Part shown: positions 1-8,728 of the stretch, piece after piece
Layout: each line of letters begins with the position of its first letter
Position numbering within the stretch: the stretch's first letter is position 1
NCBI GenBank assembly: GCA_003697065.1
Contig: RFFY01000191.1
Location: 1-41,281, forward strand
Length of the DNA: 41,281 nucleotides
Reading direction: 5' to 3'
Source: Actinomyces sp.
GTDB taxonomy: Bacteria; Actinomycetota; Acidimicrobiia; Acidimicrobiales; Aldehydirespiratoraceae
Position numbers and translations under genes: made by a program
The notes under the pieces: generated by a model
Told to the model about the DNA's origin: nothing
The model's database searches: none
The model's input: only the letters and a program-made list of their open reading frames with translations

Positions 1-375
1 GTGAGCGAGATCCGCCCGGCGTTCGAGCCGGGCCCGGCGCGGTGGATGTGGCCGACCGAGCGGGGGTCGCGGGTGGCATCGGGGGCGATCAACGCACGGT
101 TCGCTGCCTACCGCGACGCCATCGGTCTCGATCCGGTCCTGTCCCCGCATTGTCTGCGGCACTCCTACATCACCCACCAGCTCGAGGACGGGGTCGACCA
201 GTTGTTCGTGCAGCAACAGGTCGGACACCGGTGGGGGTCCTCGACCGCGGGTTACACCAAGGTGGGCAGCGACTACCTGCAGGCCGCTCTGGCCCGCGCC
301 TTGGAGCCGGCGTGGCACGACGACGGCGACGCCGAAGCGCCCGTCGCTGGAACCAACACGATGAGGAGGCGGTGA
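1..375 (+). CDS. Tyrosine recombinase/integrase, C-terminal part (5' end outside the window)
   Basis: The frame is open from the window edge. It shows the box II motif HCLRHSY, then VGH....TAGYTKV with the catalytic Tyr. The TGA at 373-375 overlaps the next ATG at 375. Confidence 0.85.
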   Translation: MSEIRPAFEPGPARWMWPTERGSRVASGAINARFAAYRDAIGLDPVLSPHCLRHSYITHQLEDGVDQLFVQQQVGHRWGSSTAGYTKVGSDYLQAALARALEPAWHDDGDAEAPVAGTNTMRRR

Positions 376-710
376 TGGCGGCCAAGCTCGGCTATCAGTG
401 GAACCTGCGGTTGTTGATGGCCGAGGCCGGCATGTTCGCGACCACCGACTTGGTGCCGTTGCTTGCCGAACGGGGGATCGTGTTGTCCTCGACGCAGGTG
501 TACCGGCTGGTGACCCAGACCCCGGAACGGTTGAGCCTGCCCGCGTTGATGGCGTTGTGCGACATCCTCGACTGCACCCCGAACGATCTGATCGAACCGG
601 TGGCCAAGACTCGCACCAAGCGCGCCGCCGCCAGCGGCACCGGTCGTAGGGGCGCAGCGAGTTCGCTCAAGGGTCGACGTCCCCGCCGAGCCGAGATCAC
701 CGACCAGTGA
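375..710 (+). CDS. Small helix-turn-helix DNA-binding protein (XRE/Cro-like) with a basic tail
   Basis: ATG 375 overlaps the upstream stop. SSTQVYRLVTQTPERLSLPALMALCDILDCTPNDLI resembles an HTH domain. The R/K-rich C-terminus ends in a stop that overlaps the next GTG (GTGA at 707-710). Confidence 0.7.
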   Translation: MAAKLGYQWNLRLLMAEAGMFATTDLVPLLAERGIVLSSTQVYRLVTQTPERLSLPALMALCDILDCTPNDLIEPVAKTRTKRAAASGTGRRGAASSLKGRRPRRAEITDQ

Positions 711-3094
711 CCGAACAGGTTGGCGTTTGTGCACGGTGTGGCCGCCGGGTGCGGCTGCCGGGACGTCGCCCCGAGGGGCGGATCTGCTCCAACTGCGTAG
801 GCATCCAGAACAGCGACCACTGCGGCACGTGCGGCGACTACCGGCGTGTGTTCGGCCGCGACCCGGACGGGGTCGTGTGGTGCGAACGCTGCGCCCGCCG
901 CCACCGAGCCCAGGTCGTCGACGCGCACCGCCGAACCCGAATCATCGCCGCCGTCGCCCGGGCCGACCCGACGATGGACACGACCGTCATCGACGCCGTG
1001 CTGGCCGCCGAAGTGACGTCGCGTCGGTCGCTGGGCAATCTCGATCGCTGTCTCGCCGACCATCCTGAGGCGTTGGACGTCGGGCCGACGAGCACCGTCG
1101 CCGTGCTGGACCGCTTCGTCTCCGGGCTCGTCAATGCTGGTTCGACCCGGATCGTCGGCATCCACCCGGTCTGTGAACGGTGTGGTCGCCAGCGGCGCTG
1201 GCATGCTCGCACCGACACGGGCGGGGTGTGCTCGACGTGCTGGGCACGCACCCACCGCGAACCGTGCGTCGAGTGCGGACGGGCCCGACGGGTCGACCAC
1301 CGCGAGGCTGGCCGGCCGGTGTGCGCACCGTGCCAGACACAGCGACGACGACGTCGGCAGCTTGACGACCTCACCGCCGCCATCATCGACTTGATCCGGG
1401 CTGCCGACCCAGACATCGATGCTGGTGCCGTCACAGCTGCCGTCGACAGGGTTGCGCCGAAGGTGCCGACGAGGAAGGCAATGATGCGGGGGCTCCAGGC
1501 ACAACCAGACCTTTCGAGCAGCACCCACCAGCCAGCGAAGATCGCTCAGCTCCTCAACGACCTGCGGGCGGCCGGATCATCGCTGCCGGCGGTGCTGTGC
1601 GAGGTCTGCGACGGCCCAGCGGTGCCACTGATCGTCTACCTCGATGTCGCGCGTTGCCGGCGGTGCGCAACCCGATGCCCCGACTGCGACCGACACACCA
1701 AGGAACCCAACGGTCCACGTTGTGGCCGATGCGATGCCGGGCCACGAGGCACTTGCTCGGACTGTGGCCGTGTCAACCGGCTCCTCGATCGAGCCGGTCG
1801 GTGCCGGAGGTGCCGTGAACTGAAAGAGCGGCGCTGTACGCGCTGCAATGACCGGGCGCCGCGGACCTTCGACCAGGGCCGATGGCTCTGTCAGCCGTGC
1901 GCGCTCGGGGTGGACCTCGATCAGCGCCTCGGGCCGGTCGACAAGCTGCCCGCTCCCTTGGCCGCTGTGCGGAGGGCGATCGCCGCCGCGGACAATCCAA
2001 CCCGGGTGAGGCGCTGGCTGCGGGCCAGCACCGCCGGTCATGTGCTCGCCGGTCTCGCCGACGGCACCATCGCCTTGACCCATGACGCACTCGACACCCA
2101 CGCCGACGGCGACCGCGGCATCGACTATCTCCGCGCCCTGCTCGTCGCATCCGGCGCGTTGCCAGCCGAGGACCGCACCATCCACCGGTTCGAAGACTTC
2201 GCCCGACACCAGATGGATGCCGTCACCGATGCCGGGGACCGGACCGCCCTGGCCGGCTGGCTGCGCTGGCAGATCCTCCCCCGGCTCCGCCTACGGGCTG
2301 AGTCCGGCAAGCCCATGGCCTACAGTGCCAACAACGCCCGCCGAGCGTTTCGCCAGGCCAGCCATCTGCTCGCCGCCCTCGCCGACCGAGACCGGAACCT
2401 GAAGACCTGTCGCCAGACCGACATCGACGACTGGTTCTCCACCAGCGGCCACAGCGTGTGGCAGGTCCGCCCGTTCCTCACCTGGGCCATGACCAGAGGC
2501 CACGTCTCTGCCGGAGTGTCGATCCCGGCGACGCCGCCGCGGACCCTGAGACCGGTGCTCGATGACGCCGCGCGCTGGATCATGGCCCGCCAGCTCGTCA
2601 CCGACACCACGCTCAACGACGCCGACCGCGTCGCCGGCGCCCTTTTGGTCCTCTATGGGCAACCGCTGACGCGCATCGCCGCCATCACCACCGGCGACAT
2701 CCACCACAGCAGCGACGGAACCACGATCGTCGAGCTCGGCGGGCATCCTGTGCCGTTGCACGAGCCGTTCGTCACGCTCATCTGCCAGCTCCCCCACCGT
2801 GACACGCAGGGCATGTCCGACCAGCTCGACCGCACCGGCTGGCTGTTCCCCGGACGCCACGCCGACCGCCACATCAGCCCCAACGCGCTCGGCGTCCGGC
2901 TCCGGCGCATCGGCATCGAAGCCCGCCTCATGCGCAACAGCGCCCGAGCCCAACTCGCCACCGAAATCCCGCCCGCCTTGCTGGGCGAGATCCTTGGCGT
3001 CAACGCCACGACCGCCACCCGCTGGGCGGCGCTGACGGCGGGCAACTGGACCGACTACGTCGCGGCATCCGTCAGCACTCGCAGCGGAGACTGA
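707..3094 (+). CDS. Zinc-ribbon-rich protein with a C-terminal tyrosine-recombinase-like domain (catalytic residues appear degenerate)
   Basis: The N-terminal ~400 aa carry 16 CxxC motifs in three clusters (4+4+8), enough for 8 putative zinc ribbons. The C-terminus has a box I-like LLVLYGQPLTRIAAITTGDI, but RLMRNSA replaces HxLRH and LGVNATTATRWAA replaces LGH....T..Y. Confidence 0.75.
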   Translation: MTEQVGVCARCGRRVRLPGRRPEGRICSNCVGIQNSDHCGTCGDYRRVFGRDPDGVVWCERCARRHRAQVVDAHRRTRIIAAVARADPTMDTTVIDAVLAAEVTSRRSLGNLDRCLADHPEALDVGPTSTVAVLDRFVSGLVNAGSTRIVGIHPVCERCGRQRRWHARTDTGGVCSTCWARTHREPCVECGRARRVDHREAGRPVCAPCQTQRRRRRQLDDLTAAIIDLIRAADPDIDAGAVTAAVDRVAPKVPTRKAMMRGLQAQPDLSSSTHQPAKIAQLLNDLRAAGSSLPAVLCEVCDGPAVPLIVYLDVARCRRCATRCPDCDRHTKEPNGPRCGRCDAGPRGTCSDCGRVNRLLDRAGRCRRCRELKERRCTRCNDRAPRTFDQGRWLCQPCALGVDLDQRLGPVDKLPAPLAAVRRAIAAADNPTRVRRWLRASTAGHVLAGLADGTIALTHDALDTHADGDRGIDYLRALLVASGALPAEDRTIHRFEDFARHQMDAVTDAGDRTALAGWLRWQILPRLRLRAESGKPMAYSANNARRAFRQASHLLAALADRDRNLKTCRQTDIDDWFSTSGHSVWQVRPFLTWAMTRGHVSAGVSIPATPPRTLRPVLDDAARWIMARQLVTDTTLNDADRVAGALLVLYGQPLTRIAAITTGDIHHSSDGTTIVELGGHPVPLHEPFVTLICQLPHRDTQGMSDQLDRTGWLFPGRHADRHISPNALGVRLRRIGIEARLMRNSARAQLATEIPPALLGEILGVNATTATRWAALTAGNWTDYVAASVSTRSGD

Positions 3095-3176
3095 GCGTGG
3101 CCGGTCTTGACGTACTCCACCTCAAGCGCGAGTCTCGATATACGAAGTGAATGAGGCGGATCTGGGGGAACAAGTC

Positions 3177-4364
3177 ATGAGATTTCGAACGTGCGCAATG
3201 GCGGTTCTTGTACTCGCGGGACTGGGACTCGCTGGACCCCCCATTGCACATGCAGAACAGTCCGGGGCGGTAGCCGACCAAACCCTTGAGGATCGTCCCG
3301 ACACTCAGCCGGTCCACGAGGACCGGGCCAGGGGATTCGCGCCGGCAGAACCGGGTGAGCCTGGGCCGACACTCCCATTCCCAGGACTGACTCGAAAGGA
3401 GGCGAACGAGGCGCGAGCCGAGCTCGCCAAACAAGATGCGCGAGACTTCGCCGCCGCTGCACGGGCCGACTCCCAGTACCGAGAGTCCGGTGGCGAGCGC
3501 GGGCCCGTGGACCCGCAGCTCGATCACGGAGAGCCGACCGACTACGAACCCAGCGATGATTCACCGAGGCAGGTACCAGAGCTGGCGCCGTCGGCCGACA
3601 AGGGCACGGGTGGAGCCGAAGCAGCGAGCGGCTGCTCGGGTAACTGCTACCAGTCCGATCGAATCCAGCTGACGGATCCAAGCACACCCTTGTACGCCAG
3701 CGAATACTGGGTCTGGCTCGCCGTGCCCCAGACCTACGAGACGAACAAGTGCGACGGCAACGGATACTCGAGTGCCTGCTTCTGGTTCGCCGCAATGAAT
3801 CACTACACCAACTCCTCGACCTCTACGGCGGCATTCCACATCGGGCCGCAACGAGGAACCAGCATCGCCGGAGCGACCGGAACCCAGTGGCGAATGAACA
3901 TCGACGGCTACATCAACGGCTCGCACATCGGAGGACAGAGTTCGGTCTCGCTCCCAGTCGCAACATGGATTCGCGTCAGAACGTGGCGGCTTTCGTACGG
4001 CAGCGGGGGCGGCGGGCCGTGGTCCACGTGGGGCGTTTGGGCCTACTACAACGGCTCTGACCACTACCTGGGATCGCTCACGATCGACGGTCAGCTTCTC
4101 ACCGACTCGATTGTGTTCCAGGAGATCTACGAAGAGAACGGTCAGTGCACGACGGACTTCGAGCGCACCTACTTCAACGACTATCGCTGGTGGAACACGT
4201 CAGCGTCGCAGCAGCCGTACTCGAAGGGGACTGCTGACTACGAATCGAACTGCGTCACCACTTCGTGGGAGCGTCCGACCCAGTACAGCGGCGAGTTCCT
4301 GCGCGACGAACGCGAGACGGTACGCAGCATCGGACAGGGCTGGACCTTGTGGCAGTACATCTGA
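3177..4364 (+). CDS. Secreted protein of unknown function
   Basis: ATG 3177 lies 9 nt after GGGGGA. The signal peptide reads MRFRTCAMAVLVLAGLGLAGPPIAHA/EQ. An acidic, likely disordered linker precedes a W/Y/Cys-rich C-terminal domain of about 250 aa. I could not recognise a family. Confidence 0.7.
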   Translation: MRFRTCAMAVLVLAGLGLAGPPIAHAEQSGAVADQTLEDRPDTQPVHEDRARGFAPAEPGEPGPTLPFPGLTRKEANEARAELAKQDARDFAAAARADSQYRESGGERGPVDPQLDHGEPTDYEPSDDSPRQVPELAPSADKGTGGAEAASGCSGNCYQSDRIQLTDPSTPLYASEYWVWLAVPQTYETNKCDGNGYSSACFWFAAMNHYTNSSTSTAAFHIGPQRGTSIAGATGTQWRMNIDGYINGSHIGGQSSVSLPVATWIRVRTWRLSYGSGGGGPWSTWGVWAYYNGSDHYLGSLTIDGQLLTDSIVFQEIYEENGQCTTDFERTYFNDYRWWNTSASQQPYSKGTADYESNCVTTSWERPTQYSGEFLRDERETVRSIGQGWTLWQYI

Positions 4365-4389
4365 CACTCGAATAGATCGAGGCAAGACA

Positions 4390-4968
4390 ATGCCCGTACC
4401 CTCAAGAGTCCTCCTCGTTCTGATGGGGTCGTTCGCCCTAGGAGCTTCGCTCGCAGGCTGCGGTAGCGGCGCGGACGATCCGGCCCACGCCGGCGGCGAC
4501 CTTCCCGCAACTCGCATCCAACCAACGCAGGACACCGCGCCTGCGTCCTCATCCGAATGGCAATGGCAAGCGCCAAGCGATCCCACTCCAACGGTTGCGG
4601 GAAACGGCCTCACACTTCTCGTGCCTGTCTCCTCACCAGACGATGATGTTGCTGCTCTGACGCTTCGGGTAACCCCCGGCGAGCACGGGAGCCCCGGCGC
4701 GACCGTGGAAGTTGCCTGGAGTGACTCACAAGCCGCACTTGTGATGTCTGCCATCGACCAGACAGCCGACTGCCGCGATCGCACCGATGCCGAGTGGCAC
4801 GACACGACCATCCGAGGGAGTTCTGGCTGCGAGTTCCAGAATGCCGCTGGCATCTACTTCGCCGCGTGGGCTGCCGACGGCACCGCGTACTTGTTCAGCT
4901 CCCGTGAGGTCGCTGGAGAAGCGGCCCTCGCGTATCTCAGCGCCTGGACGCCACTCGAGACCTCGTAG
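4390..4968 (+). CDS. Lipoprotein of unknown function
   Basis: ATG 4390 lies inside the longer ORF 4111-4968. The signal peptide ends in the lipobox SLAGC (MPVPSRVLLVLMGSFALGASLAGCGSG). The gene starts 26 nt after the previous one. Confidence 0.75.
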   Translation: MPVPSRVLLVLMGSFALGASLAGCGSGADDPAHAGGDLPATRIQPTQDTAPASSSEWQWQAPSDPTPTVAGNGLTLLVPVSSPDDDVAALTLRVTPGEHGSPGATVEVAWSDSQAALVMSAIDQTADCRDRTDAEWHDTTIRGSSGCEFQNAAGIYFAAWAADGTAYLFSSREVAGEAALAYLSAWTPLETS

Positions 4969-4979
4969 TCATTGCGGCC

Positions 4980-5728
4980 TCACCTGTCGACACGCCAGGG
5001 GACATCCGCACGGCCGTCATCCCGGCGAGGAGCTGACGGATCCTCGCCCGATTCACCGACTTCGGACATGTCACTTCCGCCGGTCGCGTGACGGCCCCGG
5101 TTGTGGCGGGGGTCGTGGGGGGTGAGCTTGGCGAACGGCACGTTGCCGATCACCAAGTCAAAACAGCCGTCTTCGACCCGCAGCTCCTCGAAGGCGCCAG
5201 CGACGATGGTGGCCCGAGCGCCGTAGAGGTGCTCGGCAATTGCTGCGGTGGTCGGGTCGAGCTCCACGCCGGTCAGCAGTGCTCCGGGCGGAGCGAAGCC
5301 CAGGAAGTTGCCCGACCCGCAGCCCGGTTCGAGCACCGCGGCATCTCCGGTCACACCGAGGTCGGCTGCCGCCTGCCACATGACCTGCACGACCGCCGCC
5401 GAGGTGTAGTGGGCGTTCAGCGTGGTGCGCCGGGCCTGAGCCCAGGCCTCGTCGGTGCCCAGCAGGCGGCGCAGCTCGGCCCGTTCGTCGCGGTAGCGCT
5501 CGTCGGTCTCATCGAAGACCTGGGGAATGGCGCCCCAGCCGGACCATCGGGCCAGCACCGCCTGCTCGGCCGGTGTGGCCCACCGGTCGCCGTCGGCCCG
5601 GCATCGGGCCAGCACCGCGAGCGCCTCGAGATTGGCGCGCAGCTTGGCCGCAGCACCGGCTGGGGCCAAGTCGTGTTGACCGGTGGGGTGGAACGCCGCC
5701 GGGCGAGGCCGGTCGGCCGACCGGTCGT
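4980..5728 (-). pseudogene. Remnant of a conjugative-element N6-adenine DNA methyltransferase (the N-terminal methylase part of large methylase/helicase proteins), truncated just after motif IV
   Basis: FHPTGQHDLAPAGAAAKLRANLEAL...ARWSGWGAIPQVFDE matches the family. Motif I is LEPGCGSGNFLG and motif IV is GNVPFAK. After ...DPRHNRGRH (about nt 5088) the frame runs 35 unrelated codons to a stop. No canonical start codon lies upstream of the conserved FHPTGQ; the only in-frame TTG is at 5669. Confidence 0.6.
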
Positions 5729-6088
5729 CTACAGGGGGGTGTTGATGGCCTGGTTGATCTCGGCCAGCAGCCGGTAGCGGTGCTCCAGGTCGCCGTCGTC
5801 GGCCTCGGGGGTCTCGGCGGTCGGGTCCGGCTCCGGTTGCATCAGCAGGTGCTCGGCCAGGATCAGCTCCTCGGCGGTCGCCCACGCCTGGTAGCCGCGC
5901 AGCCGGTATGCCTCCGGGCTCTCCCCCTGGCGGATCGGGCCGAGAATCTCGTCGCGCAGGCGGCTCACCGCCTCGGCGATCTGCTCGCCCACGGCGGCGA
6001 AGAACGACTCCGGGGCGGGGATCTGCGAATAGGCGGCCGGGCGGTGCCGGCGGTTGTGGTCCAGGACCAACTGCCCGTAACGGTTCAT
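5729..6088 (-). CDS. TnpV-like small protein associated with conjugative elements
   Basis: ATG 6088 is preceded by AGGAGG. MNRYGQLVLDHNRRHRPAAYSQI...ESFFAAVGEQIAEAV...AEELILAEHL follows the TnpV-family pattern as I recall it. The composition looks like a real protein, unlike the overlapping R/P/G-rich frame. Confidence 0.6.
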   Translation of the reverse strand: MNRYGQLVLDHNRRHRPAAYSQIPAPESFFAAVGEQIAEAVSRLRDEILGPIRQGESPEAYRLRGYQAWATAEELILAEHLLMQPEPDPTAETPEADDGDLEHRYRLLAEINQAINTPL

Positions 6089-6245
6089 GGTGCGCCTCCT
6101 GCGCCGACGTCGTGTCGGCTTCCACCGGGGGGAGCGCCGGATCGAACAGCGAGAGCTGCCCGGAACGACGAAGGCGGGCGCTCCGATCGCTTCGCCCCAC
6201 GCTATCCCCACCTGCCACCCCGAGCGGTGAATCCCAGCCGAGCGG

Positions 6246-6635
6246 TCACACGCCCCGACCCTCGACCCGGCCCGGTCCGGCCGTGTGGCCGACAGAGCGG
6301 GCCGAAACTGGCGCCACGTCGGCGTGTCCCGCGTCGGAGCGTTCCACCCGGCGGTCGTCGAGCACAGTGACCCGCTCCCGGGCGGTCTGGGGCGCCTCGG
6401 CGAGGTTGCGGACCCACATCTCCTGGGTGCCATCCACCGCCAGCCGGCGGAACCCGGCGGCGGCCAGAGCCGCTCGTGTCCGGTCTCCGGGATCGCTACG
6501 CACCAGGGCGATCTGGTGGCGGTTCGGGTCATAGACCACCTCGACGCGGCGCCCCGCCCACACCCCGGCCGGTTCGGCCACCCAACCCACCGGGGCCAGG
6601 CGGGCCCGGTGGGTAGCCCGCAGGAACGGCCTCAC
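6246..6635 (-). CDS. Hypothetical protein, translationally coupled to the coupling-protein gene
   Basis: GTG 6635 overlaps the T4CP stop (GTGA at 6632-6635). This is the C-terminal part of the longer ORF 6246-7619. No family was recognised. Confidence 0.5.
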   Translation of the reverse strand: MRPFLRATHRARLAPVGWVAEPAGVWAGRRVEVVYDPNRHQIALVRSDPGDRTRAALAAAGFRRLAVDGTQEMWVRNLAEAPQTARERVTVLDDRRVERSDAGHADVAPVSARSVGHTAGPGRVEGRGV

Positions 6636-8317
6636 CGCCGGCCTCCGTCCCGGGCGGGCATCGCCGGTCCTGCCGACCCGAACGCTTCGACCTCGACCGG
6701 TGCGTGGCGGCCGTCGGGGGCGGTGACCACCAGCGAGGACCGCTCGATCAGACGGCGGCTCCCATAGAAGGGCCGGGTCCGCACGTGCGCCGGCGGAAGC
6801 GTGCCGTGCAACAACAGCGCGTCTCCTGGGCGCATCTGGCGCAGCACGTGCGGTGGGGTCAGCGGCACCCGCACCGTGGCGAACTGATCTGACCCGCCGT
6901 GGAGCCGCTCGGTGGCCGAATGCGACCGGGTGTCCACCTCGGCTTCGCCCAGCACCTGGTCCACGTATCGCAGTGACGCCGGGTCCGACAGCCCGGCGTA
7001 GAACACCTTGGTGAGGTGGTTGGTCAGGATCGTGTCCGCTGCCTTGCCGTAGGCGACCTCGATCTGGGCCAGCGACTGCCAGATCGTCACCAGCAGCACA
7101 CCGATGCCGGCCAGGGTCGACGCGTACTCCGGCAGGGCCCGCAGCGGGGTGTTCCCAGCCTCGTCGATCACCACCAGCAGCGGCGGATCCAGCGGCCCGC
7201 CGGTCGCGGCCACATGCCGGTACGCCTGATTGATCAGATCGTTCAGCAGGCCACCGAACGCCGGGGCGAGCCGACGCTGATCCTCGATCGGCGAACACAG
7301 ATACACCGTGTTGGGGCCCGACAACAGCCACGGCAGATCGACCCCGGATGCGGTTGGTCCCCGCCCGGTCGACCTCGGGGCACGCGCCGAGGCGGCCACC
7401 CCTGGGTCGGTCCACGGCCAGATCACCGTCTGGGCGGTCGCGTAGATCGACGAGCGGGTGCGCTCCTCCATCTCCCACACCGACACCAGACCCTTGGCAG
7501 CCTCCAGCGCGCCACGGGCCACCACGGCGTTGTTCGACCGGCACAAAACCTCCAGCGCCGCGCGCACCTCCCCAGGGCCCAGCTCCCCGGGGCGATCCTG
7601 GGTGAGCACCCACTCGCACACGGCGTCCATGTCCCGGTGGGCGTGATGGGCCACGAACAACAGACCCGACAACAAGATCTCCGCCTGGGCCAGCCAGAAG
7701 TCCAGACCGCCCTCCACCCCGCCCTTGGGGGCCGCGTCACACAGCGCCCGGGCCGCCCGCTGGGCGCCGGCCACCGTGCCCGCCTGCTGCAGGGGCGACC
7801 ACCACGCCGAGGTCGCCCGAGGCACCGTCGAGCCGGTTGGGTCATAGACCCGCACCTCACCCAGCCGGGAACGCCATCCCTGGGTGGCGGCCAGCAGATC
7901 GGCCTTCACCGACGACAACACCGCCGGACCGTCCCAGTCCAAGATACCGGCCACCGCGGCGGTGGTCTTTCCCGACCGCGACGGGCCCACCAGCGCGACC
8001 GCTCCCCGATCGCCCCGCCGGCCCCGGTTCGCCCGCCACGACCGGCCCGATACCCGGGGTGGCGGTGCTTCGGTCGCCACCAGACGCCGACCGAACCGGG
8101 CGAACACGAACCGGCCCGACACCGGACCCGACACCAGCACCGGCGCAAGATCACGACGGGATGCGAACCTGGTCCGGGCGTCCACACCCAGGGGGCGGCG
8201 CCGCGCCGTCCCCACGCGGGAGCGGCCCCACCACCGCACCGCCAACCCGACAACCACGACAGCCGCTACTGCGGCCGCGGTCGTGGTCAGCCAATAGACC
8301 GGTGCGCTCGGCAGCAA
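6632..8317 (-). CDS. Type IV coupling protein (VirD4/TraG/TraD family ATPase)
   Basis: There is an N-terminal TM segment. Walker A is VGPSRSGKT and Walker B is LLVVIDEAGN, followed by LLVTIWQSLAQI. The TTG start at 8317 is uncertain. Confidence 0.85.
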   Translation of the reverse strand: MLPSAPVYWLTTTAAAVAAVVVVGLAVRWWGRSRVGTARRRPLGVDARTRFASRRDLAPVLVSGPVSGRFVFARFGRRLVATEAPPPRVSGRSWRANRGRRGDRGAVALVGPSRSGKTTAAVAGILDWDGPAVLSSVKADLLAATQGWRSRLGEVRVYDPTGSTVPRATSAWWSPLQQAGTVAGAQRAARALCDAAPKGGVEGGLDFWLAQAEILLSGLLFVAHHAHRDMDAVCEWVLTQDRPGELGPGEVRAALEVLCRSNNAVVARGALEAAKGLVSVWEMEERTRSSIYATAQTVIWPWTDPGVAASARAPRSTGRGPTASGVDLPWLLSGPNTVYLCSPIEDQRRLAPAFGGLLNDLINQAYRHVAATGGPLDPPLLVVIDEAGNTPLRALPEYASTLAGIGVLLVTIWQSLAQIEVAYGKAADTILTNHLTKVFYAGLSDPASLRYVDQVLGEAEVDTRSHSATERLHGGSDQFATVRVPLTPPHVLRQMRPGDALLLHGTLPPAHVRTRPFYGSRRLIERSSLVVTAPDGRHAPVEVEAFGSAGPAMPARDGGRR

Positions 8318-8323
8318 CCCCCG

Positions 8324-8536
8324 CTAGGGCTCCGGCCACGCCAACGCCGGCGTCGACACATTCCCCGGCAGCCGCCCCACTGCCTCCGCCGCAGCGCCCA
8401 GCGGCAGCCCCCGCCCCGAACCCGAGACCGCCAACGCCAACCACGCACCAGCCCACACCACCCCCACCACGGCGAGCCCCACCCCCGCCACCGCCACCAC
8501 CAGCACCTCGAACACGCCGACACCATCACGGTCCAT
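8324..8536 (-). CDS. Small hydrophobic membrane protein
   Basis: This 70-aa ORF is mostly V/A/G/L with two TM-like stretches. Its stop lies 7 nt before the T4CP start. Confidence 0.45.
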   Translation of the reverse strand: MDRDGVGVFEVLVVAVAGVGLAVVGVVWAGAWLALAVSGSGRGLPLGAAAEAVGRLPGNVSTPALAWPEP

Positions 8537-8728
8537 ACCCCCGTAAGCCCGGACCGACGGGCAGACTTCGCGAATGGCACCCCTCGACGTGGGCCCGGAC
8601 GATCAAATCACGACTGCGTTGGGCGTGATGGCGAGGGCTGCTCCGACCATCGCCGTAGCATCGGTGTCAATGCCCCTGGTCTGGATGCCTATGGGAGTCG
8701 GTCTTGATCAAGCAAAGGTAGTCAGCTG

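Noticed and set aside
42-374. Long N-terminal extension of the HTH ORF (42-710), and the minus-strand ORFs 273-734 and 395-1528
   Set aside because: The extension overlaps the recombinase C-terminus, which has catalytic motifs in frame 1. ATG 375 gives a compact HTH protein with stop/start coupling.
3107-3144. TTGACG ... TATACG as a sigma70-like promoter for the secreted-protein gene
   Set aside because: The spacer is 26 nt by my count, far from the 16-19 nt optimum, so it is not reported as a promoter.
5097-5110. 13-nt similarity (GTTGTGGCGGGGG) to the tRNA-Met 3' end/flank (GTTGGTGGCGGGGG), considered as a possible distal att repeat near the methylase breakpoint
   Set aside because: It lies inside conserved methyltransferase coding sequence (reverse strand ...DPRHN...). 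It needs a gap and is short for GC-rich DNA, so it is most likely coincidence.
5729-6218. N-terminal extension of the methyltransferase ORF to 6218, including a GQLSLFDP-like stretch
   Set aside because: It overlaps the well-supported TnpV-like gene (AGGAGG plus ATG 6088) in another frame, and its translation there is R/P/G-rich.
7016-8707. 563-aa plus-strand ORF, together with the 457-aa minus-strand ORF 6246-7619, overlapping the coupling-protein gene
   Set aside because: Both have R/P/G/H-rich low-complexity translations typical of off-frame or antisense ORFs in high-GC DNA. The 6632-8317 frame carries clear Walker A/B motifs. Only the C-terminal 129 codons of 6246-7619 were kept, as a separate coupled gene.
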